From Pseudobutyrivibrio ruminis HUN009 (lineage in GTDB: Bacteria; Bacillota; Clostridia; Lachnospirales; Lachnospiraceae): DNA of 64,000 nucleotides. Below the pieces are notes generated by a model. That model saw nothing but the letters and a program-made list of their open reading frames with translations. It was not told where the DNA came from and made no database searches. Positions 31,410 through 40,019 of this stretch are shown here, in pieces. Positions within the stretch are counted from its first letter, which is position 1, and each line of letters opens with the position of its first letter. The DNA lies in contig NZ_JNLH01000001.1 in NCBI RefSeq assembly GCF_000703005.1, positions 2,255,542 to 2,319,541 of the forward strand, read 5' to 3'. A program made the translations under genes and the position numbers.

Positions 31410-32591
31410 CTATGGTCTCTTAGTTCCGCAATTTACGCAGAAATTACCGTAGTTTTCATTGCCACAATTTGGGCAGAACCATCTGCCTGGCTGAGCTGCA
31501 CCTGCATCCTGAGCTGGAGCTGTCTGAGGCTGGCCCATTTGTGGCTGTACTGGCTGACCTGGCTGTCCAGCAAACTGCTGACCAGCTGCCATACCTGCTG
31601 CTCCTGCATTTAATAAATCAGCTGCATTTGCACCACCTGCCTGCATTGCCATGTTCATACCAAAGAATCCCATAGCTGCGCCGTTTGCGTTGCCAGCTGC
31701 TGTCTTCATAGCCTCTGCCTGAGCCTGTACAAGTGTTGCACCTGCCATAGCCTGAGAACGAAGTGCACCAGACTTCTGAAGCTCTCTAAGTAAATCAGCA
31801 TCCTTATCAGGAATAACTGTTGTAAGAATCTGAACAGATGTAATTGCAAGACCGTACTTATCTGTCCATTCCTGATCAAGCTCATCACTCATTGCCTCAG
31901 AGATTTCCTTTGTGTATGCAGGAATACCTGAAGGTCTAACGCCAAGAGCTGTAAGCTTGCCAAGCGCTGGCTGAAGGGCCTGGATAAATGTAGCACGAAG
32001 CTGATCCTGAATATCGTCAACTGTGTATTCGTTCTTTACGTTACCTGCAAGGTTAACATAAAGCTGAGTAGGATCAGATACTCTCATGCTGTAGTTACCG
32101 TTAAGCTTAAGAGTTGTATCTAAATCTAATCCAATGTTGTTATCAAGAATTCTGAAAGGAATTGGTGAAGGTGTACCAAACTTCAAACCAACAATATCCT
32201 TAGTGTTAACGAAATAAACTCTCTGTTGAACTGGTTTCTCACCACCGAAGGTAAATCTACGTCCGAATTCCTTAAATACATCAAGAAAGTCACCAGCAAA
32301 AATAGAAGCAGAACCATTATCTTCCCATTCATATGCACCTGCCTCTGCAGCAACATCAATAATTCTTCCGCTATCAACTAAAAGAGCACACTGACCTTCG
32401 TTTACAATAATTGCAGAGCCATGTGAAATAACATCAACATCCCCCTGAGTGTTTGTACCGCGGCCAGTCATCTTGTGAACAGCTCTTTTAACAAGTACAT
32501 CTGATGCCATTGAATCAGATACGAATAATTCTTTCCACTGATTTGCAAGTTCACCAGACACTGAGCCTTTAACTGCTTGAATAAGTCCCAT
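31410..32591 (-). CDS. SPFH/Band-7 (flotillin-like, YdjI-like) protein with an Ala/Gln/Gly-rich low-complexity segment and a C-terminal zinc ribbon
   Basis: SPFH-like core (VISHGSAIIVNEGQCALLVDSGRIID...VYFVNTKDIVGLKFGTP), then a coiled-coil/low-complexity stretch (QAQAEAMKTAAGNANGAAMGFFGMNMAMQAGGANAADLL...QPGQPVQPQMGQPQ), then CPNCGNENYGNFCVNCG. Confidence 0.65.
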   Translation of the reverse strand: MGLIQAVKGSVSGELANQWKELFVSDSMASDVLVKRAVHKMTGRGTNTQGDVDVISHGSAIIVNEGQCALLVDSGRIIDVAAEAGAYEWEDNGSASIFAGDFLDVFKEFGRRFTFGGEKPVQQRVYFVNTKDIVGLKFGTPSPIPFRILDNNIGLDLDTTLKLNGNYSMRVSDPTQLYVNLAGNVKNEYTVDDIQDQLRATFIQALQPALGKLTALGVRPSGIPAYTKEISEAMSDELDQEWTDKYGLAITSVQILTTVIPDKDADLLRELQKSGALRSQAMAGATLVQAQAEAMKTAAGNANGAAMGFFGMNMAMQAGGANAADLLNAGAAGMAAGQQFAGQPGQPVQPQMGQPQTAPAQDAGAAQPGRWFCPNCGNENYGNFCVNCGTKRP

Positions 32592-32684
32592 TTTTATAAA
32601 TCCTCCCTAATAAAAATAATCTTTATTTAGTTTAACAAAAAAGACCCATTCTTTAAAGAACGGGTCTTAAAAAATTTAACTTTT

Positions 32685-33353
32685 TTAGTTTTTCTTAACG
32701 ATGTTGTCCTGGCTCTTGAAAATGCTATCTGCCTCAACCACTCCTCTTACAGAAGAAAGTGGATAAACATTTGAACGAGGGCAAACTACTGTGCCAGGGT
32801 TGAGAACTGAGTTACATCCAACCTCTACATTGTCTCCAAGCATAGCTCCGAATTTCTTTAATCCTGTTTCAATTTTCTCTCCATCACGCGATTTTACAAC
32901 AACAAGAGTCTTGTCCTGCTTTACATTTGATGTGATTGAACCAGCACCCATATGAGACTTGTAACCAAGAACTGAATCACCAACATAGTTGTAATGAGGT
33001 ACCTGTACGTTATTAAAAAGAACAACATTTTTAAGCTCTGTAGAGTTACCAACTACACAGTTCTTTCCAACGATAGCTGAACCTCTAATAAAAGCGCACT
33101 GACGAACCTCAGCATCCTCATCAATGATAAGAGGTCCGTTTAGATATGCAGAATCAAAAACCTTAGCTGACTTAGCTACCCAAACATCCTCTCCTCTTTT
33201 CTCGAACTTCTCTGGATCAAGTGTTGGGCCAAGCTTTTTGATGAACTCAGAAATCTCTGGAAGAACCTCCCATGGATATTCCTTTCCATCAAACAAGTCT
33301 TTAGCGATAGTTTCGTCTAAATTATACATAGATTTAATTTTTGTCTGTTCCAT
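32685..33353 (-). CDS. hexapeptide-repeat (left-handed beta-helix) transferase-like protein
   Basis: Repeated [LIV]-G-x-x-x-x hexads (IRGSAIVGKNCVVGNSTELKNVVL..., LGDNVEVGCNSVLNPGTVV), 222 aa. No nucleotidyltransferase domain, so the acyl acceptor is unknown. Confidence 0.5.
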   Translation of the reverse strand: MEQTKIKSMYNLDETIAKDLFDGKEYPWEVLPEISEFIKKLGPTLDPEKFEKRGEDVWVAKSAKVFDSAYLNGPLIIDEDAEVRQCAFIRGSAIVGKNCVVGNSTELKNVVLFNNVQVPHYNYVGDSVLGYKSHMGAGSITSNVKQDKTLVVVKSRDGEKIETGLKKFGAMLGDNVEVGCNSVLNPGTVVCPRSNVYPLSSVRGVVEADSIFKSQDNIVKKN

Positions 33354-33377
33354 AATGTTCCCTTTCTTATATGTAAA

Positions 33378-36300
33378 TTACTTTGCATCTGAATAATTAT
33401 CGAACTCAAACTCAGTTCTGCAATCGTCATTGAGCTTAAGTCTCGCATCAAAGAATAAACCTTTTTTACTTAAAAATCCAGATATAACATCAGTTTTCTT
33501 TTCCAGAATAAGCTTTCTGAATTGGTCCTCTGGAATATCAACACCAGCAACCTTGCCTACATAGAACTGACAGCTGTCTACGTTGTCCCTGATGTTGTTC
33601 TTACATCTGTAGCCAAAGTGATTCTTTAAAATAGGCTCGCCACATTTAGGACATTTCAAGCCTTCCATTACCTTTTCTTCGTCTTCGAAAACGAACTTTA
33701 TTCCAGATACCTTACCAGTCTCATCTTTGTTCAAAGCAAGCTTAGCATCAAACTTTGTTCCCTTCTTAGACTTGAATCCGGATATTGTGGATGTGATACC
33801 ATCCTTTAAAAGTTCTTTCACCTGAGCTTCTTTAAGCTTTACTCCAGCAATCTGTCCTATATTAAAGCCGCATGAATTCTCAGGATCATCCTTTTTGTAA
33901 TTGCTGCATCCATAGCCAAACGGAGTAACAACAACTTTGCCACCACATACTGGACAAACTACATCCTTAATATCCTTTGCTTCTACATTATCAAAATCGA
34001 AGGTTACCTCTGATTTGCCTTCTTCGTTTTTCTTAAGGACAAGGCAGGCATCAAACTTCTTACCTGATTTGCCTTTGAAGCCACGAATAGTTTTGGTGTG
34101 TCCTTCTGTAAGAAGCTCTTTTACATCACCATCGCCAATCTTTTTAGAAGCAATCTCTCCTATAACAAAATTACATTTATTCTCTTTATCAAAGTATTTT
34201 TCGCAAGCAAAACCGAAGTTTGTCTTTATGATTTTATTGCCGCAATCAGGACAAACCACATCTGCCAAATAGTTAGGAGCTACATCATCGAAATCAAATA
34301 CAAGCTCTGTACGACCTGTCTCTTCGTTCTTTTTAAGAACAAGCCTTGCATCAAACTTCTTTCCAGTCTTGCCCTTAAAGCCTCTAAGTGTATCTGACTT
34401 TCCCTCTTTAAGAATCTCAGTAACAACCTGGGCACTGATATTCTTGCCAGCGATTGTCTTTCCTATATAAAACTTACATGAATTTTCATCCTGTGCATTA
34501 AAATTAGCACAGCCATATCCACTAGGACGAACAAGAATATCTCCGCCACAATCAGGGCATTTAACATCTGGAAGCTTTTCCGCCTCAATTCCATCAAAGT
34601 TAAAGCTAAGTACCTTCTTGCCCTCTTCGTTTTCTTTTAATTGAATCTTGGCGCTGAACTTCTGATTAGTCTTTGACTTGAAACCAGTAAGCACATCAGT
34701 AATTCCATTATTAAGAAGTGTGGTAAGCTCCTCCAATGAAATCTTTCTGCCGGCGATTTCACCAACAGAGAAATAGCACTGATTTTCCTCCTGGAAACGA
34801 TGCTCACATGCAAATCCATAACCAGTCTTTGCGATTCTTCCACCACAAACAGGACATTTCAAATCCTCAACATACTCAGTAGGTGTTTCAGAGAAATCAA
34901 AGCTAACGTTGAATTCACCATCTTCGTTTTTGCCTAGCTTAAGCACAGATTTGAAAGGCTTGTTAGATTTACTCTTAAATCCTTCTATTAAATCTGTCTT
35001 ACCCTCAAGGATGAGCTTTCTAAATTGTTCCTCTGGCAAGTCTACTCCGGCAATCTGACCGATACTAAATCTACATTTAATTTCATCGTTAGTGTAGTTA
35101 CTGCAGCCATATCCAAAGGATGTAGTGGTAAGCTCGCCGCCACAGGCCGGGCAATTAATTCCAAGAGGCTTTCTTGTAGCAAGGCCCTTTGAATCCTTAC
35201 CAGTAAACTGATTAATATTAAGAGCAATAGTCTGAGTCAGGTCGGAATCTATCATGCTCTTTGTTTCAGTACGGATATAGTCCTCAAGCTCTTTACGGTA
35301 ATCGTCGAACTCTACAGAACCATTAATAATCCCTTCCAAACCCTTTTCCCAGTTGGCAGTCTGCTCTGGCTTTAAAAGAGATGGCGCAGTCAAAAGAACT
35401 ACCTCGTAAATCATCTCGCCAAGTCGCTCTGGCGTAATAACCTGAGTTTTGTTATTTTGATTGAGATATCCGATTCGAACCAGCTTTTCAAGTATTTCGC
35501 CTCGTGTAGCAGATGTTCCAATACCAGTAGTCTTAATCTGCTCTCGAAGCTCCTCGTCCTCAATAAGCTTTCCTGCATTTTCCATTGCAAGAATCAAGGA
35601 ACCAGATGTATATCTCTTTGGAGGTGATGTCTTTCCCTCTTTTAATTCGAAGCCATTTGCATTGATGGAATCTCCAATATTGACCTGCTCTACAAATGCA
35701 GCAAACTTCTCCTTAGAAAAATCATCCTCTGCATCTTCGTTTTCATCATCAGATTCCCCTGCATCATCCTTTTTATTTTTAGGAATACCTGCGATTTCCA
35801 AATATCCAGGCTTCACCAATAATTTAGCGCCAGCGAAGAAGCTTTCAGAATCTATCTTTACGGTGATTTTTACATTTTTGTACTCTGCAGGTGGATAGAA
35901 AATAGAAAGAAAACGACGAACAATAAGCTCGTAAACCTTTTGACTAAGAGGTGAAAGGTTTTCTATTCCATTGCACTGACCGGTAGGAATAATCGCATAG
36001 TGATCAGTAACCTTGCTATCGTCTGTATAGCTGGTCTTTTCAATGCCGATGTATTTTCTATCTGCAAGAATCTCATGAACATACTTTGCAGTAGGTCCGT
36101 AAGATTGAAGCTTATTCAGATTTTTATTGATTTCCTTTGCAACTGCTGTTGTAAGGACTCTGGCGTCTGTACGAGGATAAGTGGTGTACTTCTTCTCGTA
36201 AAGCTCCTGAATAATATCAAGGGTTTGAGCCGGAGAAATCTTGAAGCGCTTTGAACACTCTGACTGAAGCTCAGCCAAGTTGAAAAGTAATGGTGCTTTC

Positions 36301-37187
36301 TTCTTAGAAATACCAGTTTCTTTATCAGAAACGAGCGCATCCTTGTTTGTTAAATCGTCAATTAACTTCTGCGCGCTATCCTTAGTTTTAAAGCCATTCC
36401 CTTTGTCACCATATAACAATGGCGATTCAAAATACTTGGAGCCATCGATAGCTTTCCACTCAGCAGGGAAATTAACATCTGAGAACTTACCAACCACTTT
36501 GAAGAATGGATCCTCGTTGAAATTTCTAATCTCTCTTTCTCTCTCAACTACCATACCAAGCACACAAGTCATAACTCGACCAATAGCAATTGCTGCATAG
36601 CTTGTAGTAGCTGCCGCATCGTTTATCAAACGGCCATATTTAACAGATAAAGCACGGGAAAAATTGATACCAAGACTGTAATCCTCGATGGTACGCATAA
36701 TACCAGAAGCACCGAGCTTTGCATAATCGCTCATTGGCTTTGCTTCATTAATACCGCGGAGGATTTCATCATCAGTCTGTGAATCAATCCAAACACGAAG
36801 CTCTGTCATGCCATCACGAACTCCACCATAATTACGGATGTTTTCCTCGATTGTCTGTCCTTCTTTTCCAGAGTCACCTGCCCAATATACAGTATCAATA
36901 TCCTCTCTGTGCAAAAGGCCATTAACTACTTTGTATTGGTCCTTTGCAGATTCAACAACACCGTACTTGTACTCAGTAGGCAAAAATGGCAAATCCTCAA
37001 GATTCCAGTTTTTATATTTAATGTCATACTCCTCTGGATAAACCATCTGAACCAAATGGCCATAGCACCAGCTAATGACATATTCATTATTCTCAATAAA
37101 TCCGTTTTGATTTCCGGAAACCTTCAGCACTCTTGCAAAGTCTCTTGCAACAGATGGTTTCTCAGTGATAATCAATTTTTTGCCCAA
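33378..37187 (-). CDS. topB: DNA topoisomerase III paralog (Toprim + Topo IA core) with six tandem C-terminal zinc-ribbon/Topo_C_Rpt repeats; TTG start
   Basis: LIITEKPSVARDFARVL Toprim N-terminus, active-site region YTTYPRTDAR. The C-terminal 600 aa contain six units of C-P-x-C-G-G...G-Y-G-C...(E/D)-N-x-C-x-F-x-I-G followed by G-F-K-S-K...K-F-x-A-x-L. Start reassigned to TTG at 37187 (LGKKLIITEK), which is preceded by an AAGGGAG Shine-Dalgarno site. The ORF-track start at 37247 lies inside the upstream gene's terminator hairpin. Confidence 0.8.
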   Translation of the reverse strand: MGKKLIITEKPSVARDFARVLKVSGNQNGFIENNEYVISWCYGHLVQMVYPEEYDIKYKNWNLEDLPFLPTEYKYGVVESAKDQYKVVNGLLHREDIDTVYWAGDSGKEGQTIEENIRNYGGVRDGMTELRVWIDSQTDDEILRGINEAKPMSDYAKLGASGIMRTIEDYSLGINFSRALSVKYGRLINDAAATTSYAAIAIGRVMTCVLGMVVEREREIRNFNEDPFFKVVGKFSDVNFPAEWKAIDGSKYFESPLLYGDKGNGFKTKDSAQKLIDDLTNKDALVSDKETGISKKKAPLLFNLAELQSECSKRFKISPAQTLDIIQELYEKKYTTYPRTDARVLTTAVAKEINKNLNKLQSYGPTAKYVHEILADRKYIGIEKTSYTDDSKVTDHYAIIPTGQCNGIENLSPLSQKVYELIVRRFLSIFYPPAEYKNVKITVKIDSESFFAGAKLLVKPGYLEIAGIPKNKKDDAGESDDENEDAEDDFSKEKFAAFVEQVNIGDSINANGFELKEGKTSPPKRYTSGSLILAMENAGKLIEDEELREQIKTTGIGTSATRGEILEKLVRIGYLNQNNKTQVITPERLGEMIYEVVLLTAPSLLKPEQTANWEKGLEGIINGSVEFDDYRKELEDYIRTETKSMIDSDLTQTIALNINQFTGKDSKGLATRKPLGINCPACGGELTTTSFGYGCSNYTNDEIKCRFSIGQIAGVDLPEEQFRKLILEGKTDLIEGFKSKSNKPFKSVLKLGKNEDGEFNVSFDFSETPTEYVEDLKCPVCGGRIAKTGYGFACEHRFQEENQCYFSVGEIAGRKISLEELTTLLNNGITDVLTGFKSKTNQKFSAKIQLKENEEGKKVLSFNFDGIEAEKLPDVKCPDCGGDILVRPSGYGCANFNAQDENSCKFYIGKTIAGKNISAQVVTEILKEGKSDTLRGFKGKTGKKFDARLVLKKNEETGRTELVFDFDDVAPNYLADVVCPDCGNKIIKTNFGFACEKYFDKENKCNFVIGEIASKKIGDGDVKELLTEGHTKTIRGFKGKSGKKFDACLVLKKNEEGKSEVTFDFDNVEAKDIKDVVCPVCGGKVVVTPFGYGCSNYKKDDPENSCGFNIGQIAGVKLKEAQVKELLKDGITSTISGFKSKKGTKFDAKLALNKDETGKVSGIKFVFEDEEKVMEGLKCPKCGEPILKNHFGYRCKNNIRDNVDSCQFYVGKVAGVDIPEDQFRKLILEKKTDVISGFLSKKGLFFDARLKLNDDCRTEFEFDNYSDAK

Positions 37188-37233
37188 ACTTATAACTCCC
37201 TTGTAAAAAATTAATTTTAGTTTTAATAATTTA

Positions 37234-37272
37234 GAGCCCCTAGCCAAAGGCGAGGGGCTCTAAATATTATAA
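37234..37272 (-). terminator. terminator-like hairpin downstream of the DUF234 ATPase gene (GAGCCCCT...AGGGGCTC)
   Basis: 8-bp GC-rich perfect stem (extendable through inner GCC/GGC pairs) immediately after the stop at 37275, followed on the minus strand by an A/T-rich tract. It overlaps the spurious 5' extension of the topB ORF. Confidence 0.5.
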
Positions 37273-37274
37273 CT

Positions 37275-38633
37275 TTATAGCTCCGTCATGTCCACCAACA
37301 CAACAGATTTATTTTCTTTTGAAAGCTCAACTAATTTGTTATCAAACTTAGTTGCTGAGAAAAGGAAAATGGTGTTTGCAGTGATACGAGCCTGCTTCAT
37401 AGAATCAAGCAGCTTTTCGTATGTTTCGTATCCCATAGTCTTCTCTGTCCAGTTGCAAATACCAACAACATTTTCTCTGTTAGAGCTTTGACCGATTACA
37501 TCGATTGTTCCTTCTTTACCAAGCCATGTACCAATTTTTACAAGCTTGATTGGTAGCTGGCCTACCATATTTAATAGATGTAAATATTCACGACAAACAT
37601 CCACGAAATAATTCTGTAAGTACTCATCCAAATATGGAGCAATGAACTTGTCATAGAAAGCTTCTGGTGTGTGTGAAATCAGCTCTGATAAATGAGGATA
37701 TACAAATGTGAACCAGAAATTTATGTAAGGCTCAACAATTCTGTAGATACCCTTTTTTGTATTGTCCCATCCGCCTGTCTCAAAGGAAACAACCTTATCT
37801 ATAACATCAAATGCCGCCAAGTTTTTCATATATACAGAAATCTTTGCTCTTGAATATCCTGTATCCTCAAACAAATCATTAAGCTTTTCATTGCCTGCCG
37901 CAATTGAACCTAAGATTGTGTTGTAACAAGATAATTCTCTAAGCTCTGAAGAAATGTATCCCTCAGCCTCTGAGTAAAGAAATCCTGTTGGAGATAATAT
38001 ATTTTCACAGACATTTGCCTTAATGCTCTTTTTACCATTCCATCTGTCCAGGTAATCAGAAACACCACCGATGATACCGTATGTGCTAACACACTGAGCA
38101 ACAGTATAATTAGGAAATGCCCTTACAATATCAAGGAATGAATGATTCTCAAGCTTGATAGTCTCATCAATTTCATTAATAGAATTGCCAGCGAATTCTG
38201 CAAAAGTATTTTCAGACCATACAATTGAAGAACTAGCGATAATGATCATAATCTTGCCTGGATAAAGCTTTCTATTCTTTAAAGAAACAAGGCTTGCAAA
38301 TAAGTCATTATTCTTTTTGATAGAAAACTGAGCTTCATCAATAATAAATACAAGCTTTGAGCCATCTTTAGATTTGAAGTTCTTGAAACACTCGTCAAAA
38401 GACTCAGATTCCATCTTTTTATCATAAGCAGATGCCATCTGATCATTAAGATACTTTAGCTGCTTGTTGTCTGAGCATTGACGGCTACGGTAATAAAGAT
38501 AATCCTTGCCAGTTGTAAATTCATCTAGAACGGACTCACAGCCGCAGCCACGTCTGCCATATAAAAGCACAAGGTTGCTTTTATTCTCTTGGTAAATAGT
38601 TTCTAGCTTCTTAAGTTCGTTGGTTCGTGTCAT
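37275..38633 (-). CDS. Arch_ATPase/DUF234-family AAA-like ATPase homolog with a degenerate Walker A motif (GRRGCGCES)
   Basis: LVLLYGRRGCGCESVL sits where the family normally has GxRRxGKT[ST]. Walker B LVFIIDEAQ is intact. A C-terminal DUF234-like region is present. Start set at MTRTNELKK, which is preceded by a GGGAGA Shine-Dalgarno site. Confidence 0.55.
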   Translation of the reverse strand: MTRTNELKKLETIYQENKSNLVLLYGRRGCGCESVLDEFTTGKDYLYYRSRQCSDNKQLKYLNDQMASAYDKKMESESFDECFKNFKSKDGSKLVFIIDEAQFSIKKNNDLFASLVSLKNRKLYPGKIMIIIASSSIVWSENTFAEFAGNSINEIDETIKLENHSFLDIVRAFPNYTVAQCVSTYGIIGGVSDYLDRWNGKKSIKANVCENILSPTGFLYSEAEGYISSELRELSCYNTILGSIAAGNEKLNDLFEDTGYSRAKISVYMKNLAAFDVIDKVVSFETGGWDNTKKGIYRIVEPYINFWFTFVYPHLSELISHTPEAFYDKFIAPYLDEYLQNYFVDVCREYLHLLNMVGQLPIKLVKIGTWLGKEGTIDVIGQSSNRENVVGICNWTEKTMGYETYEKLLDSMKQARITANTIFLFSATKFDNKLVELSKENKSVVLVDMTEL

Positions 38634-38806
38634 ATTATTCTCCCAAAAAAACGTCAATTCACTAAGTACGAGTACTATAATAACACAATTCACTTTAGCA
38701 GACTACACTAAAAAAGTATTTTATTTGAATTTAATTTATAAAATATATTTATATCACAAAAAAGGTAAGCACAATCTACTGTGCTTACCTTAAAATCGGG
38801 AATTTC

Positions 38807-39892
38807 TTATTTAGCTGTGATATAACCCTGTGCCTTAAGAAGCTCTGCACAAAGAACTGCACCACCTGCAGCACCACGTACTGTGTTGTGTGACAATCCA
38901 ACGAACTTCCAATCGTAGATGCTATCCTCACGAATACGTCCAACAGAAACACCCATGCCGTTCTCATAGTCAACATCAAGTGATACCTGAGGTCTGTTAT
39001 CCTCTTCCATGTATCTGATGAACTGCTTTGGTGCTGATGGAAGCTTAAGCTCCTGTGGAACGCCAGAGAAATTATTAATAGCATCGATAAGCTGCTGCTT
39101 TGTAGGCTGTTTCTTGAACTTAACAAATACAGCTGCTGTATGTCCGTTAAGAACTGGAACACGGATACACTGGCTAGTAATCTTTACATTATCAGCTGGA
39201 ACGATAACACCGTCCTTGATTTCGCCCCAAATTCTAAGTGGCTCCTTCTCAGACTTCTCTTCTTCACCTGAGATAAATGGGATGATGTTGTGCTCCATCT
39301 CTGGCCAATCCTTAAATGTCTTTCCTGCACCTGAAATAGCCTGATATGTTGTAACAACTACCTCATATGGCTCAAATTCCTTCCAAGCTGTAAGAACTGG
39401 AGCATATGACTGAATTGAGCAGTTAGGCTTAACTGCGACGAATCCTCTAGTTGTACCAAGTCTCTGTCTCTGATACTTGATAACCTCCATGTGCTGAGGA
39501 TTGATTTCTGGAACTACCATAGGTACATCTGGAGTCCATCTATGTGCTGAGTTGTTTGAAACTACTGGAGTCTCAGTTTTAGCGTAAGCTTCTTCGATTG
39601 CCTTGATTTCATCCTTAGACATATCAACTGCAGAGAATACGAAGTCTACTTCTTTAGCTACTTCTTCAACCTCATTAACGTTCTTTACAATGATGTCCTT
39701 TACAGCTGCAGGCATTGGAGTATCCATCTTCCATCTTCCACCCACTGCATCCTCATAACGCTGTCCCGCAGAACGTGGTGAAGCTGCAATAGTTGTAACC
39801 TCGAACCATGGATGATTCTCAAGTAGAGAAATAAATCTCTGACCAACCATACCAGTACCACCAAGAATTCCGACTCTTAATTTCTCGCTCAT
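38807..39892 (-). CDS. asd: aspartate-semialdehyde dehydrogenase
   Basis: LRVGILGGTGMVGQRF NAD(P)-binding N-terminus, catalytic Cys region (KPNCSIQSY), 361 aa. Start at MSEKLRV, preceded by an AAGGAGAA Shine-Dalgarno site. Confidence 0.85.
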   Translation of the reverse strand: MSEKLRVGILGGTGMVGQRFISLLENHPWFEVTTIAASPRSAGQRYEDAVGGRWKMDTPMPAAVKDIIVKNVNEVEEVAKEVDFVFSAVDMSKDEIKAIEEAYAKTETPVVSNNSAHRWTPDVPMVVPEINPQHMEVIKYQRQRLGTTRGFVAVKPNCSIQSYAPVLTAWKEFEPYEVVVTTYQAISGAGKTFKDWPEMEHNIIPFISGEEEKSEKEPLRIWGEIKDGVIVPADNVKITSQCIRVPVLNGHTAAVFVKFKKQPTKQQLIDAINNFSGVPQELKLPSAPKQFIRYMEEDNRPQVSLDVDYENGMGVSVGRIREDSIYDWKFVGLSHNTVRGAAGGAVLCAELLKAQGYITAK

Positions 39893-40019
39893 TTCAAACT
39901 TCTCCTTACTTTTGTATTTGTGTCGCGGACAAATGTCCGTCATTAGACTAGATTATAATCAAACTATATAATAAATGCAAGGAGAAATTAAACAAATTTA
40001 ACAACTCCTTGCATAATTA

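Noticed and set aside
37188-37247. Longer topoisomerase III N-terminus (MARGSKLLKLKLIFYKGVIS)
   Set aside because: These codons form the GAGCCCCT/AGGGGCTC terminator hairpin of the upstream gene and lack a Shine-Dalgarno site. A TTG with AAGGGAG eight nucleotides upstream gives the canonical LIITEKPS Toprim start.
38785-39162. 125-aa minus-strand ORF overlapping the 3' part of asd in another frame
   Set aside because: Completely overlaps asd, which has unambiguous motifs. Its translation is leucine/serine-rich shadow sequence.
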